This document shows, piece after piece, positions 27,361 through 37,606 of a stretch of DNA of 64,000 nt. Numbering within the stretch: position 1 is the first letter of the stretch; each line of letters starts with the position of its first letter. The DNA comes from Desulfobacterales bacterium. GTDB lineage: Bacteria; Desulfobacterota; Desulfobacteria; Desulfobacterales; UBA5852. The stretch spans positions 800,001 to 864,000 of the forward strand of contig CAXXVS010000001.1 in assembly GCA_963674755.2 (NCBI GenBank), written 5' to 3'. The translations under genes and the position numbers were made by a program. The notes beneath the pieces are model-generated. The model saw nothing but the letters and a program-made list of their open reading frames with translations. It made no database searches and was not told where the DNA came from.

Positions 27361-29802
27361 CTATTTCCACAGGAATACAGCCAGTGATTGCTCGCTGGTA
27401 TTTCCCGCGTCATCAATTGCCGTAACAGTGATGGTGTTCCACCAGCGGCTAAGTTCAATGCCGCTGGCTTCCCAGTTGTCGGTTCCAACACATGTACCGC
27501 TTTCTCCACGGCTGTTGCGCCATATTACTTTAGCAAGACCGACATCGTCAGAGGCATTGCCTCCGATTGTCACAGTAGCTGTCCTTGAGAAATAGGACTT
27601 TTTGGTTGTCGGTGACGTTATTTGCACTGTCGGCTTAGTCGTATCGGTTGCATTATAGATAACCGTTAGCACATCGGTTGATTTGTTGCCGGAACTGTCC
27701 ACAGCTGTCACGGTTATCGTGTTGGTACCCAATGCAAGATTGATGCCTGGAATTGACCAACTGAGGGTGCCGTTGGCGATCCCGCCAGCACCTGTCGAAC
27801 TGCTCCAGGTAACTTGCTTGAGGCTTTGGTCATCATCAGCGGTGCCAGACAAGCTGGCTTGGCTTGAGTTCGTTGTAAAGGTTCCGTTATCGGTAGGCGT
27901 GGTGATCGTGATAACGGGGGCCTGGGTGTCGGGTGCCGTAAAAGATACGGCAATAGTATCGGAGGCCTGATTGCCGCTGGCATCGACTGCTGTCACAGTG
28001 ATGATGTTTTGGCCTTCAGCCAGAGCGATGCCGTCGATGGACCAGTTGGTCGTGCCCGAAGCCGTTCCATTGCCACCGGTTGAGCAGGTCCAGGTGACCT
28101 GTTGTAGGCTATTGTTATCACTGGCTGTACCTGCCAGCGAGATCGTTGCCGTGTTCGTTGAGTGGGAATCCGCCGATACCGGTGACGTAATAGCCACTTC
28201 AGGGTTGGTGGTGTCAGGGGCCGTGTACGTTACGGTCAATGTGTCCGTGCCTTCATTGCCGGCGGCATCCACAGCCGTTACGGTGATCGTGTTGACGCCC
28301 TCCTGTAAAGCGATCGCATTTATTGCCCAATTTGTCGTACCGGTGGCGGTGCCGCTTTGACCGGCGGAACTTGCCCACCGAACTTCGGTGAGCCCGCTGT
28401 CATCCTGGGCCGATCCGGAAATGGCAAGGGTTGCCTTGTCGGTCGGGTAGCTGCCGCTAGTGGTCGGGCTGAGAATGGACACGATGGGCGCCGTTTCATC
28501 GGGAGAGGTGGCGGCGACCCCGAAGATATCGACTTCAGTAATGCTGTTCCAATCATTGTTAAGGTTGCCGTAGCCGACGATGCGAACGTAGCGACCAACT
28601 GCATTGGAGATTTGGTAGCTTTCCTGCTGCAGCGTTGTCCCACTGCTTTGCCCTTTGAAAACACTGCTCCATGAACTCGCATTGTTGGATACAAAGATTT
28701 CGAACTCAGAATTGACGTTTATTGTATCGGCCCAAGCGTAGGCGATCAGAATTTTAGAAAGGTCAAAGGAGGCCCCTAGATCATATTGAATCCACTGACC
28801 GTCACCATATGCAGACCATCTGGTCGACAGGTCATTGTCAATGGTATTCGCAGCGGTGTTGCCGTCGTCGCTGCTAGAGGTTACAGAGACCACGGGCAGA
28901 CCCTCGACAACCGCAAAATAGCTGATCGTAATGGCATCGGTAGCCTGATTACCGCTGGCATCGGTGGCTGTCACGGTGATCGTGTTGACGCCCTCCTGTA
29001 AAGCGATCGCATTTATTGTCCAATCTGTCGTACCGGTGGCGGTGCCGCTTTGACCGGTTGAGCAGGTCCAGGTGACCTGTTGTAGGCTATTGTTATCACT
29101 GGCTGTACCTGCCAGCGAGATCGTTGCCGTGTTCGTTGAGTGGGAATCCGCCGATACCGGTGACGTAATAGCCACTTCAGGGTTGGTGGTGTCAGGGGCC
29201 GTGTACGTTACGGTCAATGTGTCCGTGCCTTCATTGCCGGCGGCATCCACAGCCGTTACGGTGATGACATTTTGTCCTTCGGTAAGCTCGATGGCTCCCG
29301 TGGCCCAGGAGTCGGTTCCGGAGGCCGTGCCGCTGGCGCCGCTGGAACTCTGCCAGGTGATCTGCTGGAGATCGTGATCGTCAGTGGCCGAACCGGAAAG
29401 GGTCACCGCCGGATCTAAAGAGGTGTAGGTATCCGCCTCCACTGGTGATAAAATTGATACACTCGGGGCGATATTATCTAGGGTTGAAAACTGTTTGCTG
29501 ATCTCCGAGGAGAATCCGCTTTCGTTGCCTGCATTATCCAAAGCGGAAACAGCAAAATAGTAGGTTTCGCCTTCTACCAAGCCTTGGATTTCATATAGGT
29601 TGACGTTCCCAACAGGAATGGGCGGCCCATAGGATCGAGGTTGGGTGCCAAAGTATACATTATATCCCTGTAAATCGAGCTCGGTGTTCGGCTGCCAAGA
29701 CAAGCGAACCGTAGCGGCAGTAGAGATTTGCGGTATGAAAAGGATAAGTGCGGTTGGAAAAATGAGCAACCAGAGACTGATTTTACGTGTTATATCTTTC
29801 AT
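27361..29802 (-). CDS. large secreted protein: N-terminal FN3, multiple Ig-like repeats, internal F5/8 type C (discoidin/CBM32-like) domain
   Basis: VRLSWQPN..DLQGYNVYFG; repeated D...P.V.I.SP...G.N.ITVTA.D..GN; SSDDGN....IDNDLSTRWS..G.GQWIQYDLG...RYVRI. Confidence 0.85.
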   Translation of the reverse strand: MKDITRKISLWLLIFPTALILFIPQISTAATVRLSWQPNTELDLQGYNVYFGTQPRSYGPPIPVGNVNLYEIQGLVEGETYYFAVSALDNAGNESGFSSEISKQFSTLDNIAPSVSILSPVEADTYTSLDPAVTLSGSATDDHDLQQITWQSSSGASGTASGTDSWATGAIELTEGQNVITVTAVDAAGNEGTDTLTVTYTAPDTTNPEVAITSPVSADSHSTNTATISLAGTASDNNSLQQVTWTCSTGQSGTATGTTDWTINAIALQEGVNTITVTATDASGNQATDAITISYFAVVEGLPVVSVTSSSDDGNTAANTIDNDLSTRWSAYGDGQWIQYDLGASFDLSKILIAYAWADTINVNSEFEIFVSNNASSWSSVFKGQSSGTTLQQESYQISNAVGRYVRIVGYGNLNNDWNSITEVDIFGVAATSPDETAPIVSILSPTTSGSYPTDKATLAISGSAQDDSGLTEVRWASSAGQSGTATGTTNWAINAIALQEGVNTITVTAVDAAGNEGTDTLTVTYTAPDTTNPEVAITSPVSADSHSTNTATISLAGTASDNNSLQQVTWTCSTGGNGTASGTTNWSIDGIALAEGQNIITVTAVDASGNQASDTIAVSFTAPDTQAPVITITTPTDNGTFTTNSSQASLSGTADDDQSLKQVTWSSSTGAGGIANGTLSWSIPGINLALGTNTITVTAVDSSGNKSTDVLTVIYNATDTTKPTVQITSPTTKKSYFSRTATVTIGGNASDDVGLAKVIWRNSRGESGTCVGTDNWEASGIELSRWWNTITVTAIDDAGNTSEQSLAVFLWK

Positions 29803-29849
29803 TAAATACCTCTCACGGGAAAAAATTCTATTGTTGGGTGAGGGGTATC

Positions 29850-29865
29850 TGCAAATGTTGAGCCA
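29850..29865 (-). promoter_or_regulatory. sigma54 (-24/-12) promoter
   Basis: TGGCTCAACATTTGCA on - strand, GG-N10-GC, about 50 nt upstream of ATG 29802. Confidence 0.7.
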
Positions 29866-30112
29866 GAAAGCAAAGAGAAGAATTTAAAAGAAATTGTTTG
29901 TTATCAAGGATAAATTTGTTTTTATCGGCAGCTTTTCGGAAGGACTTTAGATGAAAAAATAATTTTCATCTAAATAATTGAATATTATATTGAAATTAAT
30001 ATTACGATATTCATTTTCGGCTGAAACTCTGTGAAGAAAAATTAGCAAATAGAATCATGGCGCGAGAGAAAACGTCAGATAAATGTGCACAATAATTTAC
30101 AGGCTGGAAATA

Positions 30113-30139
30113 GAAAACGCCAAGCAAATGCTTGGCGTT
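30113..30139 (-). terminator. perfect hairpin, probable terminator (or protein-binding palindrome)
   Basis: aacgccaagca-aa-tgcttggcgtt with a short T-run on the - strand. Confidence 0.5.
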
Positions 30140-30261
30140 CTGTACCGGATTTCGAAAATTTTTAAAGGGAGTTGAAGCGAAGATGTCTTTCTGTTTGCCC
30201 CTTTGTCAATGGGAATGAAAATTGTACCATTTTCGGGAAACGAAAAGTGTACCACTCCCGC

Positions 30262-31050
30262 TCAGTTAAGGGTTTCGGTTGCTGCAGCTGGTGAAGCCGG
30301 CGCGGTGTTAAATTCGTTCTTTGACAAAGTGTGCTTTCTGAGCCGGTAGCTATGGCCCTTGATGTTGACCACCCGACAGTGGTGCAGCAGCCGGTCGAGG
30401 ATCGCGGTGGCAATGACCTGATCGCCGAACAGCTCCTGCCAGTCCCCGAAGCTCTTGTTGGAGGTGATGATGGTGGAGCTTCGTTCGTAGCGGTAGCTGA
30501 TGAACTGGAAGAACAGGTAGGCTTCCTTGCTGTCGATGGGCAGATAGCCCACCTCATCGACCACCACCAGACTGGAGGTCAGATAGGCCTTGTGCCGGGA
30601 CTGGGACTGCTCCTTAAGTTTTCGCATCAGGGCGTCCATGGTCATGAAATAGACCTTGAAGCCGTGATGACAGGCCTTGGTGGCCAATGCGATCGCCAGA
30701 TGGGTTTTGCCCACCCCCGGAGGCCCCAGGAAGATCACGTTCTCGTGCTTGGGGATGAAGTCCAGATCGAAGAGCGCCATGACGTCTTTCTTATTGAGAT
30801 CCGGGTGGAACGAGAAGTCGTAGGCATCGATGGTTTTGGCCGCCGGAAGGCCCGCGGTCTTCATGGCGGTCTCCACCCGCCGCTTTTCCTTGGCGCCGAC
30901 TTCCTCCTCCAGCAGGTGATCCAGGAAAGCCATATATGAGCTCTTGTCGGTTTCGGCCTGCAAAAGGACAGTGTCGAGCACGGCGGCAGCCTGGGTGAGC
31001 TTTAGCCGCTGAAGATTGTCCCGAAGGCGGTCTGTAATCAGTTGATCCAT
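30262..31050 (-). CDS. istB: IS21 helper ATPase
   Basis: GPPGVGKTHLA, VDEVGY, IITSNK.F.DW, AILDRLLHH, G.SYRL. Confidence 0.95.
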   Translation of the reverse strand: MDQLITDRLRDNLQRLKLTQAAAVLDTVLLQAETDKSSYMAFLDHLLEEEVGAKEKRRVETAMKTAGLPAAKTIDAYDFSFHPDLNKKDVMALFDLDFIPKHENVIFLGPPGVGKTHLAIALATKACHHGFKVYFMTMDALMRKLKEQSQSRHKAYLTSSLVVVDEVGYLPIDSKEAYLFFQFISYRYERSSTIITSNKSFGDWQELFGDQVIATAILDRLLHHCRVVNIKGHSYRLRKHTLSKNEFNTAPASPAAATETLN

Positions 31051-32315
31051 ACCCCACCTCCTTTCTGGGCCGCCTGTTCGTAGACGGACAGCGGCCTGTA
31101 GAGCACTTGGGGAAACAGGCTGCCGTTGACCAGACCCCGCGTGGCCTTGCCCTTGCGGCGGCCGTAGGGTGGTGTCTTCGGCGGCTGTTCGCGGCGCAGC
31201 TTGAGGATCTCCTCGATGATGGCCGGATCGGTGATCATCCGCCCCTTCTCCGGACTCTCGGCATGGGTGATCAGCAGCCGGTCATCGTCGTAAATGCGGA
31301 TGACGCCGTCCTTGATCCTCAGCAGCACTTTTTTGCCGACGGCCTCCGGCGGCACCTGGTAACGGCTGGCGTTGTAGGAGATCAGACAGTCTTTGTAGAC
31401 CTTCCGGTAGACCTTGATGGCGGTGTCGTAGTCTCTGGGCACCGGGCCGAGACTGCGGACTTCCTGCTGCCAGCGCAAGTCAACGAGCTGGCGGTGGGTA
31501 CGGTGCTGGCGCCGGTTGGCGGTCTCCGACAGCCAGTGGAGCAGATCCGCATTGGCCTTCTCCAAACTCTCGAACGCATAGCCCCGCCAGAAGGCCTCCC
31601 GAATGTAATCGATGGGGCGTTCCACCTTGCCTTTGGTCCAGGGGCTATAGGGGGCGCACAGCACCGGCTTGAAGCCGCAGTGGTCAGCGAAATCGGTGAA
31701 CTCGACATTGATCCGCGTTCGCCCATCACGGCGGCCGGCGAACACATGGCGCATGTTGTCATAGAGCAGTTCGAAAGGCACGCCCCCGAGATACTTGAAG
31801 GCCCTCAGGTGGGCGTCCATAAACGCCGCCAGAGTGCAGCGGGTGACGAACTCGGCGTACATGGCCCGGGAAAATCCGAGAACGAGAAGGAACAGATACA
31901 CGGTGATGTCGGCGACACCGGCAGCGGCGATCTTAAAGTCGGCCCAGTCCATCTGGCCTTGCAGGCCAGGAACCGTCTCGAATCGCAGGAAGGCTTGACG
32001 ACGATTGCGGGCTTTGACGGCCCGCACATAGGTTTTGACCGTGTCGTAGCCCCCGGAATAGCCGAGGTCTTTGATTTTCTGGAAGATCCATGTACCGCGG
32101 TAATTGTCCTGCTGGAGCCAGTCATCGATCATCTGGTGGTAGGGGGAAAGGATCGATTCCTTGCGCTTGCGTTTACAGTATCGGGGCATGGTGGGATCTG
32201 CCAGGTACTTGGTGACGGTGTTGCGGTGAATGCCAAGCTTCCTGGCAATGGCGCGCATCGTGAAGCCTTGGCGGTGATAGGAATGAATGTCCATGAATGC
32301 CTCCCTGGTGATCAT
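31038..32315 (-). CDS. istA: IS21 DDE transposase
   Basis: HTH IARKLGIHRNTV, RFET.PG.Q.Q.DW, GGVP..LLYDNM, P..KGKVER. Confidence 0.95.
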   Translation of the reverse strand: MITREAFMDIHSYHRQGFTMRAIARKLGIHRNTVTKYLADPTMPRYCKRKRKESILSPYHQMIDDWLQQDNYRGTWIFQKIKDLGYSGGYDTVKTYVRAVKARNRRQAFLRFETVPGLQGQMDWADFKIAAAGVADITVYLFLLVLGFSRAMYAEFVTRCTLAAFMDAHLRAFKYLGGVPFELLYDNMRHVFAGRRDGRTRINVEFTDFADHCGFKPVLCAPYSPWTKGKVERPIDYIREAFWRGYAFESLEKANADLLHWLSETANRRQHRTHRQLVDLRWQQEVRSLGPVPRDYDTAIKVYRKVYKDCLISYNASRYQVPPEAVGKKVLLRIKDGVIRIYDDDRLLITHAESPEKGRMITDPAIIEEILKLRREQPPKTPPYGRRKGKATRGLVNGSLFPQVLYRPLSVYEQAAQKGGGVWIN

Positions 32316-32655
32316 GGCGGCGCCCTCCTTTAGCAGAGGGTCTTACCACCAATTACACCACCGGGGTGGTACACTTTTCATTCCCATTATTGGTACACTT
32401 TAGCATTCCCGCCGACACCCTTAGGCAATTATGATCTTTTCAATCATGATGCAAAATCCGTTTGAAAAAATTAAGCCAAAAAGATGGGTGATAAAAACGC
32501 TGAAGTTCGCAGGGGCATTTTGTCACAGACACAAACAAACCTACAAAAACGGTAAATCTATTGGTTTATTGTTGATAGTTGTTAGCACAGCCCAGAAGAA
32601 TGAACCCATTAATCTGGTTACACAAAAAGGGTGCAACGGACGATACGCCATGATG

Positions 32656-33486
32656 CTACAAATTCGCCAAAATAAGGATCAAATGTTCTGCAACCTTTTT
32701 CCTGCATAGTTCGTTTAGATGGCCACCATCATAGGTATATTCAGGATCCATGGCATAATAAGTATTGCCTTCATATGTATAAGAAAAACGCGTACCATCC
32801 GGTCGGGTCGATTCTATCAAGGCAATGTCCAGAATAGGATCCTTGCCTTCAAATCGATTTCTCAGAAGTTCGTTGTACTTATGTCGGTTCATGTTCTCTA
32901 TGGCCCCGTATACCGGACGACCAATAATTTTCTTTATCCAGGCTTTTGGACCTGTTTGAAGTGTCGTTAAAGGAGATGTGAAGTGAATGATTTTAAGTTT
33001 GGGATAAGCCTTCCTGATATTTTCTATACTATTTACATAGCTTGAAAAAAGCGCTTCAGGGTCCGTATCTTTATCGATATCGACATAACAGAACTTTAAA
33101 AATACTGCGTCAGCTCTTGTTCCGACACCGCTCTGAATAATATTTAAAAAATCATTTATTTTGGATTCTGGGCGCATATTTTGGCCAATAGGAGAATGCA
33201 ACAAAGAGCCGGGTTGGATGGATGCAGCATCTTTTCCTTCAATGATTTTAAGTTTGATATTTGGGTGTTCACGCATGATATCGCGGACACCATCAAGAAT
33301 ATTGTATCCTACTGACTGGTGTCCGAAAAAAAATACTTTTTCTGAAAGTTTTTGCCACTTGCTATCGGGAATATCTTTAAGGTTATAGTAAATTTTTTTT
33401 TCTTCCATTTTACCTCCGGAACATGAAACCATAATGAGCAAAATAAAAAATATGTAAAATAAATTTAAAAAAATACGATTATACAT
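32656..33486 (-). CDS. predicted lipoprotein, SGNH-like fold
   Basis: Lipobox-like IMVSC; FFGHQSVG.NI, KFCYVD, C-terminal DGGHLN. Confidence 0.6.
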   Translation of the reverse strand: MYNRIFLNLFYIFFILLIMVSCSGGKMEEKKIYYNLKDIPDSKWQKLSEKVFFFGHQSVGYNILDGVRDIMREHPNIKLKIIEGKDAASIQPGSLLHSPIGQNMRPESKINDFLNIIQSGVGTRADAVFLKFCYVDIDKDTDPEALFSSYVNSIENIRKAYPKLKIIHFTSPLTTLQTGPKAWIKKIIGRPVYGAIENMNRHKYNELLRNRFEGKDPILDIALIESTRPDGTRFSYTYEGNTYYAMDPEYTYDGGHLNELCRKKVAEHLILILANL

Positions 33487-33633
33487 ATTTCACCTCAATT
33501 CGTGACAGATGTGAGTTTATGAGACCTTTGCGTAACTCAGATGAGGTTTTCAGCATCACTTGCTATAGCCGCCAAGGCCTACATTTTACAAAGTACGCTT
33601 TAACCGGATGAACCTTATTTTTGTAGATAGCCC

Positions 33634-34581
33634 TTAGAAATTTAAACCATTTCTAATTTGGGATAGAAATTCATCATAATCTCGGATGTAATCATCGGGG
33701 TTATATGTATCAGATGCAAGTACAAGCAAAACTGCGTCTTCAGTATATTTATATTGGATGCCCCAAACCATAGGAGGTAAGTGAACCCCAATATTTGGTT
33801 TATTTAATAAGATTTCTTGACTTATGCGTCCGTTATCAACCACAATCGAACAAGATCCTTTTACGCAAACTATAAACTGGTGCAAAGTTTTGTGCGCATG
33901 CTCACCCCTAATTTCCTTGTTCGCGACATCAAAAACAAGAAAATATCTTTTAGGAACAAAAGGCAAAAATTGTCCATATTCTGCAAAAGAAAGGCTGCCT
34001 CTCATATCGGTAATGAATGGTAAAAAGTAGACTGCGACACCATCAACATCCGAGTTAATAGTTTTTATTGTGGGGTCATTAGGAAAATCGAGCTTTGGTG
34101 AAGTTTTTGAAGGCTTTTGTGAAACATAACCGCTTATATAGGCTGGATTGCCGACAGCAATCGCGTTAGGAGGCACATCCTTTGTGACAACTGCTCCTGC
34201 GCCTATCATAGAATGTCTACCGATACTTATGCCCGGCAAAATTGTTGCATTTGCGCCAATTGAGGCACCCTTCTTAATATGTGTTTTTAAAGGAGAGTCT
34301 AAAAAATGTTTGCTTCGAGGAAATAAATCATTGGTGAATGTAACGTTTGGACCGATAAAAACATCATCATCAATTTTAACGCCATCCCAAAGTTGTACTC
34401 CTGATTTAATAGTAACGCGATCACCTATTGAAACATTATTTTCGATAAAAACGTGATCACAAATATTGCAATCAGAACCTATATTAGCTCCTGGAAGAAT
34501 ATGAACAAAAGCCCAAATTCGTGTGTTATCACCAATTTTATCGGATTCAACAATTGAATTCGGATGTTTAAAAAAATTCAT
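33634..34581 (-). CDS. WxcM-like bifunctional N-acetyltransferase / dTDP-sugar 3,4-ketoisomerase (FdtC-FdtA type)
   Basis: Hexapeptide repeats, FTND.FPRS, GAVVTKDVP; C-terminal cupin D.RG.L...PF.PKRYF...RGEHAH...Y..DDYIRDY. Confidence 0.88.
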   Translation of the reverse strand: MNFFKHPNSIVESDKIGDNTRIWAFVHILPGANIGSDCNICDHVFIENNVSIGDRVTIKSGVQLWDGVKIDDDVFIGPNVTFTNDLFPRSKHFLDSPLKTHIKKGASIGANATILPGISIGRHSMIGAGAVVTKDVPPNAIAVGNPAYISGYVSQKPSKTSPKLDFPNDPTIKTINSDVDGVAVYFLPFITDMRGSLSFAEYGQFLPFVPKRYFLVFDVANKEIRGEHAHKTLHQFIVCVKGSCSIVVDNGRISQEILLNKPNIGVHLPPMVWGIQYKYTEDAVLLVLASDTYNPDDYIRDYDEFLSQIRNGLNF

Positions 34582-34620
34582 TTGACCCCCAAAAATAAAT
34601 GGATAGGAAGAAGAAATATA

Positions 34621-34960
34621 GTAAGCGTTTACAGGGGTATCGTGGAGTGTATAGAACCGATAACAGCCTGAAAGAAAATATATTTACACACATCACAACC
34701 TGTTGAAATTGTTCTGAAGAAACTATACTTTTATTAACCGCAATGTTAGGCTGACCCGCATGAAGCTTAGTAGACCTGTCTCGGACTTACACTGGCAGAT
34801 GACGCCAAGGCCGGTACGCGACTATATCCGGGATCTGGAAGCCTCCTTGGCTAAACTGCAACGGCAGCTAAAACAATGTCTACCAAGGTGACGACTTCGT
34901 AGTGTCGTTTGAATATCGGCTGCCATCAGGGGGTGAATCTTAAACCAGGGTAAACGATCA
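34621..34960 (+). pseudogene. possible IS66-like remnant
   Basis: gtaagcgtttac start; short GC-richer frame SDLHWQMTPRPVRDYIRDLEASLAKLQRQL resembles IS66 transposase N-termini (from memory). Confidence 0.35.
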
Positions 34961-35041
34961 ACTGAAACAATTTACCATTAACCGCGGGTCAACGATCACG
35001 TGAAACTTGCCATATAGTTTTTAATGATTAAAAAATAATAT

Positions 35042-35671
35042 TTATATGATTTTAACGGCTCTACCAGGATTTCCAACAATAACACTATTTTTAGGGAATT
35101 TTCTTCTTTTTATAACCGATCCCATGCCAACAACCGAATTCTCACCAATAACAATATCAGGTCCTACTAAAACATTAGATCCGATCATTACATTATTTTC
35201 AATCTTAATAAAACGACCTTCTCCTTCTATATCAGATCCAGTATGCCGATGAAGGGGGTCAATGCTATGCATATCAGAATCAATGAATTCAGTATTATGG
35301 CCAGACATGGTTTTGTCTCCAATATTAATGTCTCTAACGATAACGAATTGGTTGTTATTTGAAAGTATACAATTGTTACCAATTGTTAGTTTTGAGGAAT
35401 TATATCTAGTGGATATCAGAATATAATGTTTTTTAAAAAATGGAGCAAATGGATACCCAAATGTAACATTATCCCCTATAAAGACTTTGCCAGGCCCATT
35501 TATCACGACTTTCTGATTAATGCGAAGATTTCTACCAGATTCAACATTTTTTAATATTCTTACATATTTCAATTTAAATAGAAAGGTGTGAATAGAGCTT
35601 TCAGCTTTAATAATTTTATAACTAATTTTTGTTATGACTTTTTTTACGTATTTAATAGGTGAGTATTTCAT
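35042..35671 (-). CDS. hexapeptide-repeat acyltransferase
   Basis: IG.N repeats, DSDMH, IENNVMIG, IGENSVVGMGSV, VIVGNPG. Confidence 0.85.
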   Translation of the reverse strand: MKYSPIKYVKKVITKISYKIIKAESSIHTFLFKLKYVRILKNVESGRNLRINQKVVINGPGKVFIGDNVTFGYPFAPFFKKHYILISTRYNSSKLTIGNNCILSNNNQFVIVRDINIGDKTMSGHNTEFIDSDMHSIDPLHRHTGSDIEGEGRFIKIENNVMIGSNVLVGPDIVIGENSVVGMGSVIKRRKFPKNSVIVGNPGRAVKII

Positions 35672-35785
35672 TTTTAATAACCTGTGTACAGACTTAATTT
35701 AGTTATAATATTTCATGGAGTAAAAGTCTTTACAAAAAAAGCCATTTAATAACTATGCATTCTTTGTCTTAGTTATTATGTATTG

Positions 35786-37288
35786 TTATTTGCGTTTAAG
35801 ATTCAGGTAAGAAGAAATTTTATTAAAAATATTATTGATATCAATATATTCTTTTAAATGCCAAATTGAATATACACATCCAGAAAATAGAAAAATAACA
35901 TTTGCGAAATAAACAATAGGAAAAGTTAAATATTTTACGGAAAAGAATGCTGATAAAACAAGAACACAAAAAATTATTATATGTTTTAAATTGGATGATG
36001 ACCATAAAAACTTACAGTATTTAAAAGCCATTAAAAATAAAATTATAGAGGATATGAGATGGGATAAAAAATAAGAAATACCTATTGCCTCTAAATTAAA
36101 GTGATGCCAACCGAGTAATGCTATAGCTATAAAAATTAAATTAAAAAAAGATTCGCATAATATAAATATGCCACCCATAGATTTTGACAAAAAAATGTAA
36201 CCTATCGGCCAAGAAATCAACTGTAAATATGTTCCGAGAAACATCCATTGTGAAAGAGTAATTGTCTCGTTAAATTCTCCTGAAAATAGCAGGTTTACTA
36301 TAATTATAGAAAAAGATATCATTCCTATAACTAGCGGACTTGCAAGAAGTAAGGCAATTTCAGTTTGCTCGTTAACAAGTTTAACTATTCTTTTGTTATC
36401 ATTATTTACTGCACACAATCTAGGAAAATAATCAGCAGCCATAGCGCCTAGAACAGCCGAAAGATACATTGCAGATAGGCTATACGCTGCTTGAAATTGT
36501 CCCGCGTATTCAATACTTGAATTTTGTATAATGAATGTCCTAATATAAAACATCGTTAGCGTACTGATTATGCCGGCAGAAACCATAAGAAATCCAAGGC
36601 GAATCATACCAATACCGCCTAAAAAAAATTCTTTAAAATTAATTTTAATTCGAAGTTTATTCACCTTTTTATAATACCAGTTTGTATAAATAAGAACAAT
36701 TAATGAAGATAATATGAAAACTGGTACTATTCCTTTTAGGCCAAATATCCAATAAAGAGGAATGGCAAAAATAAAACTAGTTAACAACCCAAATACATTC
36801 GCTTTTGCCATCAACTGAATCTTACGTAGCCCCTGGAGCGTGGCTAATTGACCATCAGATAAGGAAACTAAAAGCAAAACAGAAGAAAGAATTGCGATAC
36901 TATTAGCGAAATTCTCATTACCAAAGGCATATCGACTTATGAACTTACTGAAAAATATCGTTAAAAACATTCCCAGAAGGCCTGTAAACCAAACCCATCT
37001 ATTTAATATAGTAATTGTTCTTGAGATTTTGGTTAAATCTCCTGTGCCCGACGCTTCTGCGATATCGCGGACAGAACTAATTGAAAGACCGAATCCGGTT
37101 GCATTACGCATTAAATCAATAAAAGATTGGTAAATGCCAATAAAACCAACGCCGGTAGGGCCCAGAAGAATAGCAATGATCTTATTTCTTAAAATGCGTA
37201 TTATAATTTCAAAGACCTTGGCACCACCAAAGATACTTGTCGCTTTAAGGATTTGTTTGTGAGAGCTGTTATTATTTTTAACTTTCAT
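35786..37288 (-). CDS. wzx: O-antigen/polysaccharide flippase
   Basis: Polytopic membrane protein; QILKATSIFGG, K.IA.LLGP.G.G, DYFPRL, VNEQTE. Confidence 0.88.
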   Translation of the reverse strand: MKVKNNNSSHKQILKATSIFGGAKVFEIIIRILRNKIIAILLGPTGVGFIGIYQSFIDLMRNATGFGLSISSVRDIAEASGTGDLTKISRTITILNRWVWFTGLLGMFLTIFFSKFISRYAFGNENFANSIAILSSVLLLVSLSDGQLATLQGLRKIQLMAKANVFGLLTSFIFAIPLYWIFGLKGIVPVFILSSLIVLIYTNWYYKKVNKLRIKINFKEFFLGGIGMIRLGFLMVSAGIISTLTMFYIRTFIIQNSSIEYAGQFQAAYSLSAMYLSAVLGAMAADYFPRLCAVNNDNKRIVKLVNEQTEIALLLASPLVIGMISFSIIIVNLLFSGEFNETITLSQWMFLGTYLQLISWPIGYIFLSKSMGGIFILCESFFNLIFIAIALLGWHHFNLEAIGISYFLSHLISSIILFLMAFKYCKFLWSSSNLKHIIIFCVLVLSAFFSVKYLTFPIVYFANVIFLFSGCVYSIWHLKEYIDINNIFNKISSYLNLKRK

Positions 37289-37408
37289 TACAAATCGTTT
37301 CAAAAAAGTTCGATGTAAAATTATTTTTCAAGCAAGCTTAACCATTCCGAGGAAATTTTCAGTATGATATTCATACCGAACCACGATACGCCTGAAATTC
37401 TATCTTTT

Positions 37409-37550
37409 TTTAGTCACGGACCCACACGGACCACAGCAGACGACCACAGACTTTTGTCTGGGCGACTTGCTCGTACAAAATCAGTCGGTCCTACGGGCAA
37501 GAATACAGTGTGCGTTGGAATGTCTGCGAGTGTCCGTGTGTGTGGCTAAA
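37409..37550. repeat. inverted pair of periodic module J (cacggac/cacagac)
   Basis: tttagtcacggacccacacggaccacagcagacgaccacagac ... gtctgcgagtgtccgtgtgtgtggctaaa. Confidence 0.7.
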
Positions 37551-37606
37551 TATAGCTTTCCAGTTGTTCGTTCTCTAATTAATATTTTTAAACGAATAAA
37601 CTGAGC

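Larger units (their letters stand above)
30204..32417 (-). mobile_element. complete IS21-family insertion sequence
   Basis: TG...CA ends; IRs tgtcaatgggaatgaaaattgtacca / tggtacactttagcattcccgccgaca with internal reiterations; 5-bp target duplication CCCTT (30199-30203, 32418-32422). Confidence 0.95.
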
